This document shows positions 1 through 13,450 of a DNA stretch of 64,000 nt, in pieces. This DNA is from Eledone cirrhosa. Its lineage: Eukaryota. Below the pieces are notes generated by a model, which made no database searches, was not told the DNA's origin, and was given only the letters and a program-made list of their open reading frames with translations. A program made the position numbers and the translations under genes. The stretch's first letter is position 1; each line of letters starts with the position of its first letter. The stretch spans positions 130,820,001-130,884,000 of the forward strand of contig OZ024741.1 of assembly GCA_964016885.1 (NCBI GenBank), read 5' to 3'.

Positions 1-339
1 AATAGGATAATAGATATAAATTCATTGTCCATCAAAAGCTATTGTCTCAGTATAATAAATTGGATATAATATGAATTGAATAGCTTAGATAGAAAAACGA
101 GAAAATCTCCCCCAGCATTGTGAATCTACGATGCTAAAGCTGACAAAAAATAGGCGGCACCTATAATTAAACGGGAATAAAAAGGTCTGGTCTAATTAAA
201 ATACTATTACTAATTAATCAGAGTGGATCTACTTAAAAGGAAACAAAGGGAGATTAATTAGAATAAGACGAAAACAAACAGACAAATGAAACAACTGTTC
301 ATATTATATATATATAGGCGGCATATAGTTACATCCCTT

Positions 340-712
340 TACATTGTGTGTTCAAATGCTGCCGAGCTTAGCTTTGCCTTTCATCCTCAAAGGGTCGATA
401 AAATAAAATACCAGTAATGCACTGAGCTAGATTTAATCTACTGGAGCACCCCCAGAAAAATTGTTGGCCTTGAACCTAAATCAGAAACCATGATGAGGTA
501 GTGGGTTGCAGTATTGATAGAGCGTCAGAAAACAAGCTTCGTCGCATAGGTTGCGGCCCTTTATGTTCTGAATTCAAATCCCGCTGAGGTTAGCTTTGCC
601 TTTCACCTTTTAAAGGGTCGATAAAATATAGTGCCAATGACGCACTGAGGTCGATTTAATCGACTGTACTCACCCACAAAATTGTTGTACTTGTGTCAAT
701 AAATTAGAAGTT
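340..712 (+). mobile_element. Two tandem degraded copies of the tRNA-derived SINE family
   Basis: B-box-like GTTCAAAT/AATTCAAATCC followed by the family core GCTTTGCCTTTCA(T/C)C..GGGTCGATAAAA..ACCAG; matches the better copies at 750-941 and 33879-34055. Confidence 0.75.
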
Positions 713-749
713 TATAACACTGAAAGAAAAAACAAGGTTAGATGAGAAA

Positions 750-1193
750 ATAATTGTTTCTACCTTTGGCACAAGGCCAGCAATTATCCAGGACATTAGT
801 GGTATTTTATTTTATCGACCCCATAAGGATGAAAGGCAAAGTTAACCTCGGTGGGATTTGAACTCAGAATGGTAAGGGCCGTAACTCTATGCGTCAAAGC
901 ATGGCGTCCGACCCTCTACTGATACTGTCAATCCACCGCCCTTAGATGAGAAAATAATTGTTTCTACTTTAGGCACAAGGCCAGCAATTACTCAGTGCAT
1001 TACTGGTACTTTATTTTATCGACCCGTAAGGATGAAAGGCAAAGTCAACCTCGGCGGGATTTGAACTCAGAGAAAATAATTGTTTCTACTTTTGGCACAA
1101 GGCCAGCAATTATCCAGTGCATTACTGGTACTTTATTTTATCGACCCCATAAGGATGAAAGGCAAAGTCAACCTCGGCGGGATTTGAACTCAG
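750..1193 (-). mobile_element. Three stacked SINE copies: one near full-length (750-941) and two 5'-truncated (955-1070, 1076-1193)
   Basis: Each begins on the plus strand with ATAATTGTTTCTAC..GGCACAAGGCCAGCAATT and runs to GGGATTTGAACTCAG; GAGAAAATAAT recurs at every junction. Confidence 0.9.
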
Positions 1194-2494
1194 AGAAAAT
1201 AATGCGGAATAGAAATAAGCAGAATATATAATTAATGGAATTGCAAGAAAAATAATAAAAGTGTAAAGATAGACAGGAGAAACCTTTCCCCGGTCAATAT
1301 CCTACATGACTGTAGTGGTGGAAAGTAAGCCATTATGACAACCAACAATGAATAAAGGAATCTGGGTAAATTACACACACACACACATATACAAACAAAC
1401 AACAAACATTCAAATACATACATACACGCACATATACATACACACATAAACACACACACATATTCACTCACACATTTTTCAGCCACCTCAAGGAATGCTA
1501 GAGATTGGGCATTCACAAGTGTATTACTTATCAAAGCAATCCAATCCAGGAATTTCTCACTCCTGTTGGAGGAACCCCTCTCTGATTGACTTCCACTATT
1601 TCCTGTTTTATTTGGTCATGTCAGGGATGTAGCCGTACTCACCACGCTTGGGAAATTGCAGGTTGGCGAGGATATTTAACCCATAGTTAAGGTGGATTCT
1701 AAGGAGTCCATCCACCCTTTTAACAGCTCTTGTTTTTTGTGCTGCCTGAATTCCACTTACCCTGACCAGAAGAGGGTCTGGTGGGGAAACCTGTTTAGTC
1801 GCCGACCACTCGACCATGAAGTAGGTTGTACTAAGCTACATGGTACCAGTAACTGGCAAAATCGGTGCCTGTTGGATATTGAGCATTAACACAACGTGAT
1901 TCAGAATGCAGGTGTATATGAGAGCATATACTACTACTACTACTAAACCAAAAGCAACTCATAAAGTATTGCATATTGAGGGCATCAGGAAAAAAATATT
2001 TAAAAAAACAAATAAGAAAAAGCTAACATTCATATAATTATCGACTAATGCTTTCCTAAAACATTGAAGATGGTACACTTTCCGAGCTGAGCTTTTAAAA
2101 ATAGCTGACGAGAAAATTATTAAAACCGTTGATCATCAAGCAGTATCATTCTTGTTTTATAGCTTTCAGATCTTACGCTGGATTGTTAATGGCTCTACAC
2201 ATTAAATATATGCTTGCCCATTAAACTCTCTTTCTGCAAGAATGTTTCGCTTCATTGAGACGATGGCAGCCATACACGTATATATTAAAACATGCATGCA
2301 TGACCCTGTAACACCTGGGTGAGTCGTAGGGATGCCGTATGGACATATGGCGTATCTAAGGCATTTTAAAACCTGGCGGAGCCCATATCTCTGGTCTGAA
2401 TATAGCAGAAGTCTTCAAGAGAAGAATAAAGAGTGAGAGAATGGAAAAATTAGACAAAAGAAAAAAAATATATATATTGAAGAACTACAGTACG

Positions 2495-2640
2495 AGACTG
2501 GTACTTTTTTTATCGACCTCGAATGGATGAAAGACAAAGTTGATCTCGGCGAGATTTGAGTACACAAAATAGAGACCGAAAACGAATACTACAAAGGATT
2601 CGATCCAACTTTCTAACGACTCTGCCAATTCACTGTCTGA
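2495..2640 (-). mobile_element. Diverged SINE copy
   Basis: ACTGGTACTTTTTTTATCGACC..GGATGAAAGACAAAGTTGATCTCGGCGAGATTTGA..CTGCCAATTCAC. Confidence 0.75.
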
Positions 2641-2916
2641 GATATTAAACTACTGAAATCATAAACAAATGCCTGCGTGAAGATATTCACAAACGCAAGC
2701 CAACTACCGACTTACTGAAATAGACAGAAGAAATGCATTCTTACTGCCATATATAGTCATACATAGCTCAATTATACAGAGCACTTATATGGAATTTAAG
2801 TGGTACGAAGTTCGATCCTTTCTAGCGGCTGCTGGCCCCGCTTGCCCGTGAATAGGTTTTTTTTAAACTAGATTTTCTGCGTTTGTGATTTTTACATTTT
2901 CGAACAATATACATAG

Positions 2917-2994
<78 letters not shown>

Positions 2995-3322
2995 ATAAAC
3001 GTGCTGCGTGGTTGCTAATGGGTTACATATGTATATATATATATATATATATACAAGTACATTCACATACGCATATATGTATGTATATAGATATAGAAAT
3101 ACAGTGCCAGGTTAATGTGCGAAACTGCACTGCCAGCAAAGTGACTGATGAGTTATAGATGCAAATGTGGTTCGTCGAATGTAACTGTGTGCATTTTCTG
3201 ATTATATATATAGTACACACCCACACATCACACACACCACACACACACACCTATACATATATGTATATGTATATATATGTATATTCATATACATACATTC
3301 ATATATATATATGTGTGTGTGT

Positions 3323-3393
<71 letters not shown>

Positions 3394-3670
3394 CATGCAA
3401 ACGCATACAGATACAGTACATTATACACGATTTAACAATAAAACATGCACCAATAAACTGCATTAAATATATTCATTTCAAGACATAAAAGCATTTCAAT
3501 AGCAGAATGCTGCTACATTAGCTCTCAATAAAACTATTCTCAGAAACCAGAAACATTGCTGAATTTATCTGAATAGAAAACAGACATTTCAAACTAACAT
3601 TTGACTGTTCTTTGTTTTTGTTGTTGTTCTTTTTTTACCTCTTTATATTTATCGTTGTTCATTATGTTTT

Positions 3671-3870
3671 NNNNNNNNNNNNNNNNNNNNNNNNNNNNNN
3701 NNNNNNNNNNNNNNNNNNNNNNNNNNNNNNNNNNNNNNNNNNNNNNNNNNNNNNNNNNNNNNNNNNNNNNNNNNNNNNNNNNNNNNNNNNNNNNNNNNNN
3801 NNNNNNNNNNNNNNNNNNNNNNNNNNNNNNNNNNNNNNNNNNNNNNNNNNNNNNNNNNNNNNNNNNNNNN
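3671..3870. other. Assembly gap (200 N)
   Basis: Run of N. Confidence 1.
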
Positions 3871-4015
3871 GCTTAAACTTTAATCTGAAATATATAAATA
3901 TCACTTGAGCCTATTCAAAATCCACATTGTCAAACGAGATTCCTCTATTCTTTAGACATGTCCACCTCGTCGATGCTTTCGACCTTCTATTACGTTATAT
4001 ACTTAAATACACACA

Positions 4016-4016
<1 letters not shown>

Positions 4017-4091
<75 letters not shown>

Positions 4092-4207
4092 CAAATATCT
4101 ATATATATATGTACATATATCTATATATATATATGTATGTATATCTATATATACATGTATGTATATCTATATATATATGTATGTATATCTATATATATGT
4201 ATGTATA

Positions 4208-4242
<35 letters not shown>

Positions 4243-4369
4243 AAATATATCTATATAGTTATATGTATAAATATATATATATAGATATATGTATAACTAT
4301 ATCTATATATATATATGTACATATATCTATATATATACCTACATATATCTATATATATATCTATATATG

Positions 4370-4402
<33 letters not shown>

Positions 4403-4621
4403 CTATATATATATATATGTATATATATCTATATATATATATGTTTATATATATATATATATATGTATATATATCTATATATATGTATATATATCTATAT
4501 ATATGTATATATATCTATATATGTATATATATATCTATATATATATATATATCTATATATATATATATATCTATATATATATATATATATATATCTATAT
4601 ATATATATATATATATATATC

Positions 4622-4656
<35 letters not shown>

Positions 4657-4715
4657 GTATATATATGTATATATATATATGTATATATATGTATATATAT
4701 GTATATATATGTATA

Positions 4716-4747
<32 letters not shown>

Positions 4748-4822
4748 AACATATATATATATAGATATATATACATATATATATATATAGATATATATAC
4801 ATATATATAATGTGTATGTATG

Positions 4823-4875
<53 letters not shown>

Positions 4876-4894
4876 ATATATATGTATATATATG

Positions 4895-4975
<81 letters not shown>

Positions 4976-4980
4976 ATATA
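4017..4980. repeat. Compound (TA)n/(TATC)/(TATG) microsatellite
   Basis: Seen directly; the ORFs over it are YI-repeat artefacts. Confidence 0.97.
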
Positions 4981-5065
4981 ACTTTGAATAACTTTGAAAT
5001 GTTTTGGCCAGTATTGGCCCAGGCCATGTCTAACTTAATAGCACCACCTGGCGAAGTCTTTCAAT

Positions 5066-8000
5066 TCAGGATTTGGGCACCATGGCCCATTCGAGAAGAG
5101 AATTACTGTTTGCGGAGACATATCCGGGTGTGGGTGGTTTGTCCGGGATTACTTGGAGGAATTTGTCCAAAGACTTCTTGAATCTTGTGTGGTCAGTTTC
5201 TGTTTTGACGTGTCCTGGTGTGATGTTGAAGAGAGCAGGGCCGATTGAGGTGAAATAATTGTGCCGTATTGTTGTTATGAGTTGCGATTTAGATTTTTGA
5301 ATGGGACGGATAGCACGGGGCCCAAGCCTTGGGTGTATCTTGAAGGCGATGCCAACATCATTTGGGCAGTGATGATGGAACATTTTCCACATCATGCAGA
5401 TAATATAACGCTCACGGCGACGTTGGAGTGAGTAAAGTTTCAGGTTTTCCAATCGACCCCAGTAGTCAAGGTCTGACATGCCATCTATCTTTTTCGTGAT
5501 TGCCCTTTGAGGAGCTTCAAGTTTCATGATACTTTGTTTCGTGTGGGGAGACCACAGTGGACAACAGTATTCAAGGTGTGGTCGGGCGAAAGTAGAGAAG
5601 AGAAGGATAATGGTGCGGGAATCTCTCGACTGGAAGGTTCTGAGGATCCAGGAACACATTCTGCGGGCCATGTCAACTTTGCTGCTTATATGCGTGGTCC
5701 AGCTTATGTTGCTGTCCACGGTTACTCCCAAGTCTCTGATGTTGTTAGATGCCACGAGAGTTTCCCCGGAGGGAAGGGAGTACGGGAGTTTCAGAGCATC
5801 CTCTTTTCCAAAGTGGATCAGTTCGAATTTGTCTTCGTTCAGTAACATGTTGTTCTTTTCTGCCCATTGGGTAACAGCCAGTAGGTCTGACTGAAGGCTT
5901 ATCCGGTCATCCACGCCATTGATGACCTTTTGGAGCTTGGAATCATCAGCGAAAATTTTAATGTTGCTGTGTTTGATGATGTCAGTGATGTCATTAATAT
6001 AGATGATGAAGAGAAGTGGGCCCAACACAGTGCCTTGTGGGACTCCACTACTGACTTTGGCTGGGCTTGATTTGACTCCCTCAACTACAACATGTTGGGT
6101 TCTGTTTGACAGGAAGCTCTTGATCCACTGCAGCAGCTTTCCAGTGACACCAATATTGGACAGCTTTCTCAGTAGAATGTTATGATCAACCCTGTCAAAG
6201 GCCTTGCTGAAATCAAGGTAGATAACATCAGTGTTGGAACCCTCTCCCAAGGCTCTCAAAATGTCATCAAAGTGATGCAGTAGTTGCGTCAGGCAATCCC
6301 TTCCATTACGGAATCCATGCTGGTTGGAGTTCAGCATATTGTTACTCTCAAGGAAGTGGGTCATTCGCGATCTCACCACTCGCTCAAATACCTTAATGAT
6401 ATGAGAGGTGAGTGAGATTGGACGGTAATTCACGGCAAGGGATTTGTTTCCCTTTTTGAAAACTGGGACAACAGACTGGGATAGAAGGTTTTCTGGCACA
6501 TATCCAGCATCCAGTGAGTTCCGCCACAGATTGGCAAGAGGAGAAGCAAGTTGGTGTTGACACGCCTTCAAGACACAAGCAGGGAACCTATCGGGACCTA
6601 CTGCTGAATTATGTTTGATTTCCTTTATTGCCGCCAAGACATCAGGGGCGCCAAACGTTATGTCCGATAAGGTGTAATGGGGAGTAACATCGCCGATACA
6701 GCCCAGATCGGCCATATCAGGATTGCTGAAAACAGAGCAGTATTGTTTCTGCAGTATCTCACCCATGGTTTTAGCATTGTCTTGAAGAGTGCCATTTTCA
6801 TCAATTAGAGGGCCAACAGTAGAGCCAGTGATTTTGTGTTTTTTTGCAAATGAAAAGAACACTTTGGGATTGAGTTTGATCTTCTCAATGGCCCAGGCCT
6901 CTTCAGCTCTTCTCTGATTGTTGATGAGGGACATTATGTTGTTTTGGAGGTTATGTTTTTTAATCTCTAGTGATGAAATGGCAGTCAAGTTGATGTGTTG
7001 CTGCTGACAGTATTTCAGCTTGTTGATTTTTTTGTTCGTTCTCTTAATTTTTCTGATGAGTGTTTTTCTATTTCTAGGGATTCTGCTCTTAGATTTGTTT
7101 ATAGTTCTTAATGGGGTGTGTTTAGCACATATGTTTGTAACAGTGTCCACAAAAGTCTGCCAGGACTTTTTGATGTTAGTGGGTGTATGAGTGTGCGTGA
7201 AGGACCAGTCGACATGTGCAAGATCATGACTGATCGCTTCCCAGTTTGCATTGTGGAAATCCATAGCGTCAAACGGATGGACAGGAGAAATGACATTGGG
7301 TTTGTATATTGGACGGTGGAATCTCAGATCACAGAGAACCATGTCATGATCAGAGAGTTTCTCCACTGCAATATTGTGGATATTGTCAGTGTGATTGCTG
7401 AAAATTAAGTCTAGGACGTTTTTGTGGCACCTCGTTGGTTCGAGCACTAGTTGGGATAGGAAGAAATCATCCATGAAGTCAAGAAGCGATTCCACAGCTT
7501 CCCTGTCAGAGGTTGAGGCAGAAGAACCTGGTGGCAGGGTGTTTGTGGACCAGTCAACTCCGGGGAGGTTGAAGTCCCCCATCATTAAGATGTTGTCAGG
7601 GTGACACTCTTGGATGAAACACTTTATGCTGTTGAGGCATTCCTTGAAGCATGGTACAGGCGTTTGGGGTGGCCTATAGAGCCCAACTACTAATAGGTTG
7701 TTGGTTTGACTGAATACAGTGACTGCCTCACAGTATCCATTAGTGAATATGTTCATAGCCTCTGTTGAGAAAGAATTATGGACATAAATGGCAGTTCCGC
7801 CCTTTCTTCTGCCAGCGCGATCAGCACGGATGGCTTTGAAATTTTTCACTTTCACCTCGGCTTCCAAGTGGAGGTTACTGAGATGGGTTTCAGTGAGGAC
7901 GAAGAAAGGGATGTGGTTTGGATGGACATCAATCCAGTCCTCCAGGAATTTGATCTTCCATTTTTGAGTATTGGTGGAAGGGCTGATGCCTTGGGCGTTA

Positions 8001-8197
8001 AGCAAAAATGTAGAGGCGAGAGTGGATGGTTTTAATTGTTTTGGTGTGTTGTTAATTTGTTTGTTTGTTAATGGCAGCAATGGGAGTTTGTGCAGTGGGG
8101 TGATAGTGGAGGGTGGTGCTGGGTGATAGCTCGAATGTTTTTTTCCAGTTCTTTTGCCAGATTCATTATGGCTAAAAAAGAGGAAGAAGTTTCCTGT
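5066..8197 (-). CDS. LINE ORF2: AP endonuclease plus reverse transcriptase (CR1-like). The frame is open from 8197; the ORF-track start at 8080 is TTG
   Basis: EN motifs LLNAQG, LTETHL, GLYRPP, MGDFNLP, LDLIFSN, SDHD. RT motifs [43 protein letters not shown]1-type C-terminus [24 protein letters not shown]. No internal stops. Confidence 0.95.
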   Translation of the reverse strand, partial: TGNFFLFFSHNESGKRTGKKHSSYHPAPPSTITPLHKLPLLPLTNKQINNTPKQLKPSTLASTFLLNAQGISPSTNTQKWKIKFLEDWIDVHPNHIPFFVLTETHLSNLHLEAEVKVKNFKAIRADRAGRRKGGTAIYVHNSFSTEAMNIFTNGYCEAVTVFSQTNNLLVVGLYRPPQTPVPCFKECLNSIKCFIQECHPDNILMMGDFNLPGVDWSTNTLPPGSSASTSDREAVESLLDFMDDFFLSQLVLEPTRCHKNVLDLIFSNHTDNIHNIAVEKLSDHDMVLCDLRFHRPIYKPNVISPVHPFDAMDFHNANWEAISHDLAHVDWSFTHTHTPTNIKKSWQTFVDTVTNICAKHTPLRTINKSKSRIPRNRKTLIRKIKRTNKKINKLKYCQQQHINLTAISSLEIKKHNLQNNIMSLINNQRRAEEAWAIEKIKLNPKVFFSFAKKHKITGSTVGPLIDENGTLQDNAKTMGEILQKQYCSVFSNPDMADLGCIGDVTPHYTLSDITFGAPDVLAAIKEIKHNSAVGPDRFPACVLKACQHQLASPLANLWRNSLDAGYVPENLLSQSVVPVFKKGNKSLAVNYRPISLTSHIIKVFERVVRSRMTHFLESNNMLNSNQHGFRNGRDCLTQLLHHFDDILRALGEGSNTDVIYLDFSKAFDRVDHNILLRKLSNIGVTGKLLQWIKSFLSNRTQHVVVEGVKSSPAKVSSGVPQGTVLGPLLFIIYINDITDIIKHSNIKIFADDSKLQKVINGVDDRISLQSDLLAVTQWAEKNNMLLNEDKFELIHFGKEDALKLPYSLPSGETLVASNNIRDLGVTVDSNISWTTHISSKVDMARRMCSWILRTFQSRDSRTIILLFSTFARPHLEYCCPLWSPHTKQSIMKLEAPQRAITKKIDGMSDLDYWGRLENLKLYSLQRRRERYIICMMWKMFHHHCPNDVGIAFKIHPRLGPRAIRPIQKSKSQLITTIRHNYFTSIGPALFNITPGHVKTETDHTRFKKSLDKFLQVIPDKPPTPGYVSANSNSLLEWAMVPKS

Positions 8198-9225
8198 TTA
8201 GAAGACTGTTGGTGACTGTGGTAGTGGTTATTTTTATGTAGGTTATGGTTTTTGTTTTTGCTTTTATTTTTAATTTTATTTTCATTTATCCGACGGGTCC
8301 CCGGGAGATGGGTAAAGGGACAATCCCGGTCTAAACACAATCTGTCTCGCAGGGAAAAACGGCAGATTTGTGGATTCCTTGTTTGAGTTATTGGTGGTTG
8401 TGTTGGTGTTAAATTAGAGTATGTATTATGGTGGTGGCTGTTTGTGGGGATAGATCGTTTTGTCCTAGGTAAATGGGTGAATTTGCAGCCACTATCCGTA
8501 CATATTCTATAGCGTAGAGAGTAGCGGCAAATGATGGGGTTTCGAGTGGGTGGGTATGTGGGTGTGGGTGTTGTGAGAGGTGTAGATGATGGTTTGGGTA
8601 GGATTTGATGACCTTTGTGGACTGTGGGAGGGAGAGTTCTTGTTCTGGTATTAGAAGGTAAATTCCTTGACATAGCAGTAGACAAAAATGTTGTAGTAGT
8701 AGTAGTAGTAGTAGGCAGAGATGTTGGCAGTGGTGATGATTGGACTGCTGGGCCAGAGAAAGGATGTGGCGTTTCATGCTGTGAGACAGAGGCTACTGGG
8801 GGGTCAATAGTTTCATTTAGTAGATCGGCCATTGTTGATGAATCAAGGAGTGGTTCACACTGTTGTTGTCGTTGTTGTTGTTGTTGTTGCTGTTGTTGTT
8901 GTTGTAGCTGTTGTTGTTGTTGTTGTTGTTGCTGTTGTAGCTGCTGTTGTTGTTGTTGCTGCTGCTGGACAGCATTCAAAGAGAAAACACACCGTAGTTT
9001 ATCCAAATGTTTATTGATTAATTTAAAAGCAATTTCGATTTGCTTTAATTTATTTTGAATCTGTTGTTCAGATCGAGTTTTCAAAAATTGAACTGTACGT
9101 TTAGCAATGTCGTTCAGAGATGAAGCATCTATATTTTCTGTTTGGGAAAGGCAATGCCATGTGTTTATTAGAATGTCGATTTCATTATCAGACCAGTTCT
9201 GTTTGGATTTTTGCTGGTTAGCCAT
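8068..9225 (-). CDS. LINE ORF1: Myb/SANT(MADF)-like N-terminus, polyQ, Pro/Thr linker, two CCCH zinc fingers
   Basis: WSDNEIDILINTW...RSEQQIQNKLKQI; fingers CRYSLRYRICTDSGCKFTH and CRFSLRDRLCLDRDCPFTH (C-x8-C-x4-C-x3-H); ATG start; lies directly upstream of ORF2. Confidence 0.85.
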   Translation of the reverse strand: MANQQKSKQNWSDNEIDILINTWHCLSQTENIDASSLNDIAKRTVQFLKTRSEQQIQNKLKQIEIAFKLINKHLDKLRCVFSLNAVQQQQQQQQQLQQQQQQQQQQLQQQQQQQQQQQRQQQCEPLLDSSTMADLLNETIDPPVASVSQHETPHPFSGPAVQSSPLPTSLPTTTTTTTTFLSTAMSRNLPSNTRTRTLPPTVHKGHQILPKPSSTPLTTPTPTYPPTRNPIICRYSLRYRICTDSGCKFTHLPRTKRSIPTNSHHHNTYSNLTPTQPPITQTRNPQICRFSLRDRLCLDRDCPFTHLPGTRRINENKIKNKSKNKNHNLHKNNHYHSHQQSSKQETSSSFLAIMNLAKELEKNIRAITQHHPPLSPHCTNSHCCH

Positions 9226-9345
9226 TCTAGTTTTGAGTGTGTGTGTGTTTTAGTTAAGTATTTCAATATATATATATTTTTTTTTTTTTTTAAATTTATT
9301 TTTGATTTATTTTTGTTTTTTGTTTTTCTTGTGTGTGAGTGAGAA

Positions 9346-10570
<1,225 letters not shown>

Positions 10571-10655
10571 AAATGAATATAAAATAAATATATTAAACTA
10601 AGCTAAACCCATTGGTGGGATACAAGCAAAATGGGCTAAAAACAAGACGGCTTTA

Positions 10656-10755
10656 ACGCCAACCATGGTTTCTGGAGCTCAAGATACAACATCAGCAATT
10701 CCAAGACATTGGAATAACCAATATTGGAAGAATTGAAGTTCCTTCGTCAGGAAGT
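10656..10755 (-). ncRNA. Type I hammerhead ribozyme motif
   Basis: Minus strand: ACTTC-CTGACGA-[stem II GGAACTTCAA...TTGAGCTCC, imperfect, with inner ATTCCAA/TTGGAAT hairpin]-GAAA-CCATGG(palindrome)-TT-GGCGT. Confidence 0.7.
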
Positions 10756-11472
10756 GAATCCTTCTCAGAAATAAGGGGACAAGTTAAAAATATATCATAC
10801 ATACCATTTCGTTGCTACATCGTATGGTGAACAAGGTGTTGTAACGCTAATATTTCCTACTTAATGTACTAGGACAATATAACGGGCTTATATTGACGCT
10901 GGAAACACCAGCCAAGACAGTGTATATCAGCTCAACAATGATGGAGCAGTTAGTATCTCCTATACGTAAAAATCTTAATGAGAGGATAAGATATATTAAT
11001 CAATTATCCACTCAGAGAAATATTAAAATACATTAAACTTAAGCCAAAATCTCATTTTGCGGGGATACAAGCCAAATCAGCTAAAAATGTCGGGTAATTT
11101 TCCTTCTTATTGTTCCGGTTTACTTTGGTGTTTACTATTCAACCAGGTAATTTTTAATTTTTTAATTAAAGAGTCTATAACACTTCCGTCTGGTATATTG
11201 GCACTCACGATATATAGTGTTGATAAATGCTTCTTTTTCTGATGGTATAGTTATGTATTTTACCTCCCGTAGCAATATACGTTTGGGGTTTCCTTGCTTA
11301 CTTACAGCCTACCAAACTATATCCAGGCACTGCAACCCCCACATCACCAACATGAGTGAAATAATACCACAGGTACATGAGGAGAAAGAGAAAATCCTTA
11401 CCGCTCATATGGTAATGTGTTCTGACATACTTAGACCAAGGAAACGTACAGCCAACAATTTTCAATCCTCTA

Positions 11473-11620
11473 ATAATTGTTTCTACATTTGGCACAAGGC
11501 CAGCAATTATCCAGTACATTACTGGTAATTTATTTTATCGACCCCGTAAGGATGAAAGGCAAAGTCAACCTCGGCAGGATTTGAACTCAGATCAGAAAGG
11601 GGCGTAACTCTGTGCTGTAG
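11473..11620 (-). mobile_element. SINE copy (5'-truncated)
   Basis: Family consensus ATAATTGTTTCTAC...GATTTGAACTCAG. Confidence 0.85.
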
Positions 11621-11809
11621 GGACCACCAAACAAACAAGGATCCTGTGACAGGATCACCAACAAGACCTGTCTGCTGCTGAAACAATGTCAGCAACTACA
11701 GGATGTCCTACTTCCTCCCTATGATCATACGCCCCATTATCAAAATGTCGCCAGACGTGTGTGACAGCACGGAGGACCTCCCCAGTAGAATCAACACATG
11801 CAACCGCAC

Positions 11810-12640
11810 GTACGACTTGAAAATTACATAAGGAGCATTGATGTAATATCCTTATACCCATCTATAGACGTTGATTTTGCTGTGGAGAAATGCTTGGAGA
11901 TGATCAGCCAGAACAATGTGCAATTCCGAAGAGTTGACACCGAAGAACTGGGCTTCCTCCACATACTTGCTTGTGACGGAATATCTAAGAAAATACTACC
12001 TTAGTTGCTTCTGCTCCAATAAACCTGTAAAACGTAGACCACTCACCATCACCTTAACGGCCAATGTAAAGATGCATAGGGTGGACCAGAGCCATACGGA
12101 TCCCCGGAAACCAAGACCAGGTGAGAAAAATAATCGCACGTGAGGTGGGAGCAAGTACTAAAACTACTCTACAGGGCCATATGTTTAAATTCAATAATAA
12201 AATATATGACCAAGAAGAGGGAGCGGCCATCGGCATCAGCGTCGCTGATGATGTGGCCGATCTGTTCATGGCGTGGTGGGACAGGAAATTCAAGGAACGC
12301 TTAATTGAAAACTCCATAGTCATATCCATGTACTCTTGTTATGTTAACGATATCAATATAATGTTTAAAACTACACCACAGGAGAGTACCCATGAACCAG
12401 AACTAGATGTTAGCACCACGGAAAGCATCCAGCATATAGCTAACTCCATTCACTAGAGCATTAAATTAACAATAGACCACCCCAATAAGCACCTCAACCA
12501 TAGATTATCCGTGTTAGACACTGAACTCTGGATGGAAACTAAGAACAGTAAAACCCAAATACTTCACTCAAATGACACCAAACACATGGCCTCTAAGTAC
12601 TTGCTCCACCAGAATTCAGCTATGTCAAACACTCTTCTTA
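11810..12640 (+). pseudogene. Degraded Penelope-like element reverse transcriptase fragment
   Basis: Frameshifted pieces SIDVISLYPSID, FKFNNKIYDQEEGAAIG..VADLFM.WWD, CYVNDI (from RYVDD), LSVLDTELWM. Confidence 0.8.
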
Positions 12641-13450
12641 GAATATTTTACAAGACTAAAACAAATACGAAGTCACATGCAGAGTGGAAAATGCTAGCTG
12701 GTGTGTATGTGTGAGTGTTTGAATGTGTGTGTGTATGTGTATGTATGCACATACCCCCCCCCCCCCCACACACACACACATATGTGCACATACATACATG
12801 ATGGCTGACCCCTCGTTATCGAATATGGACATTGCACAATATAACATTATTGATAATTATTAATTAATTTTATCGTGAAGAATTTTTTATAGTAGGAAAG
12901 ACTGCACTGGGCCAATGTCACTCTCTGAGCGACAGTATCTATAACCCGAAAACATACAATCATACATACATACATTCATACACAAGTGAGAATATCATGG
13001 GGGAACCACTCAGAGTGACTCTTCTATCCCTCTAGTGAATAAGGTGTGTTTGAGAGCCGTACAGTCTCTCCTTATATACCATGCTACAGAAAACTGTCCA
13101 AAGAAAACCAAAGAACATTGTCAAACGTGAACGGACCGATATATGATGTAGAGCATGGAGTGCTTTTATAATTATGATGAATCGGTTTCTTTTTTATGTA
13201 TTTTATTATTGCTGTTTTTTGTTGTTGTTGCTGTTGTTGGTTAAAACAGGTTTAAAATTTAGGAAATAACTAACGACGCGTATTTTCACTGGGCACTCCA
13301 TGACATCTTTCACCTTCAGCTTCCAGAATTTCTTTCCCTCGCACCATTGCAGCCTGTGTCTTCCTAATGCACTCGTTAACATCTTCGTTTTGGGACGAAC
13401 AGTGAATCGACATCCATTGGGGGAGTGCATTGCTAGTAGTTGGTGTAGAT

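Larger units (their letters stand above)
4979..9345 (-). mobile_element. Apparently full-length CR1-group non-LTR retrotransposon (LINE) flanked by (TA)n on both sides
   Basis: ORF1 plus APE-RT ORF2, a 3' UTR of about 85 nt ending in a short tandem tail (ATTTCAAAGT/TATTCAAAGT on the element strand), and a 5' UTR of about 120 nt. Confidence 0.9.
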
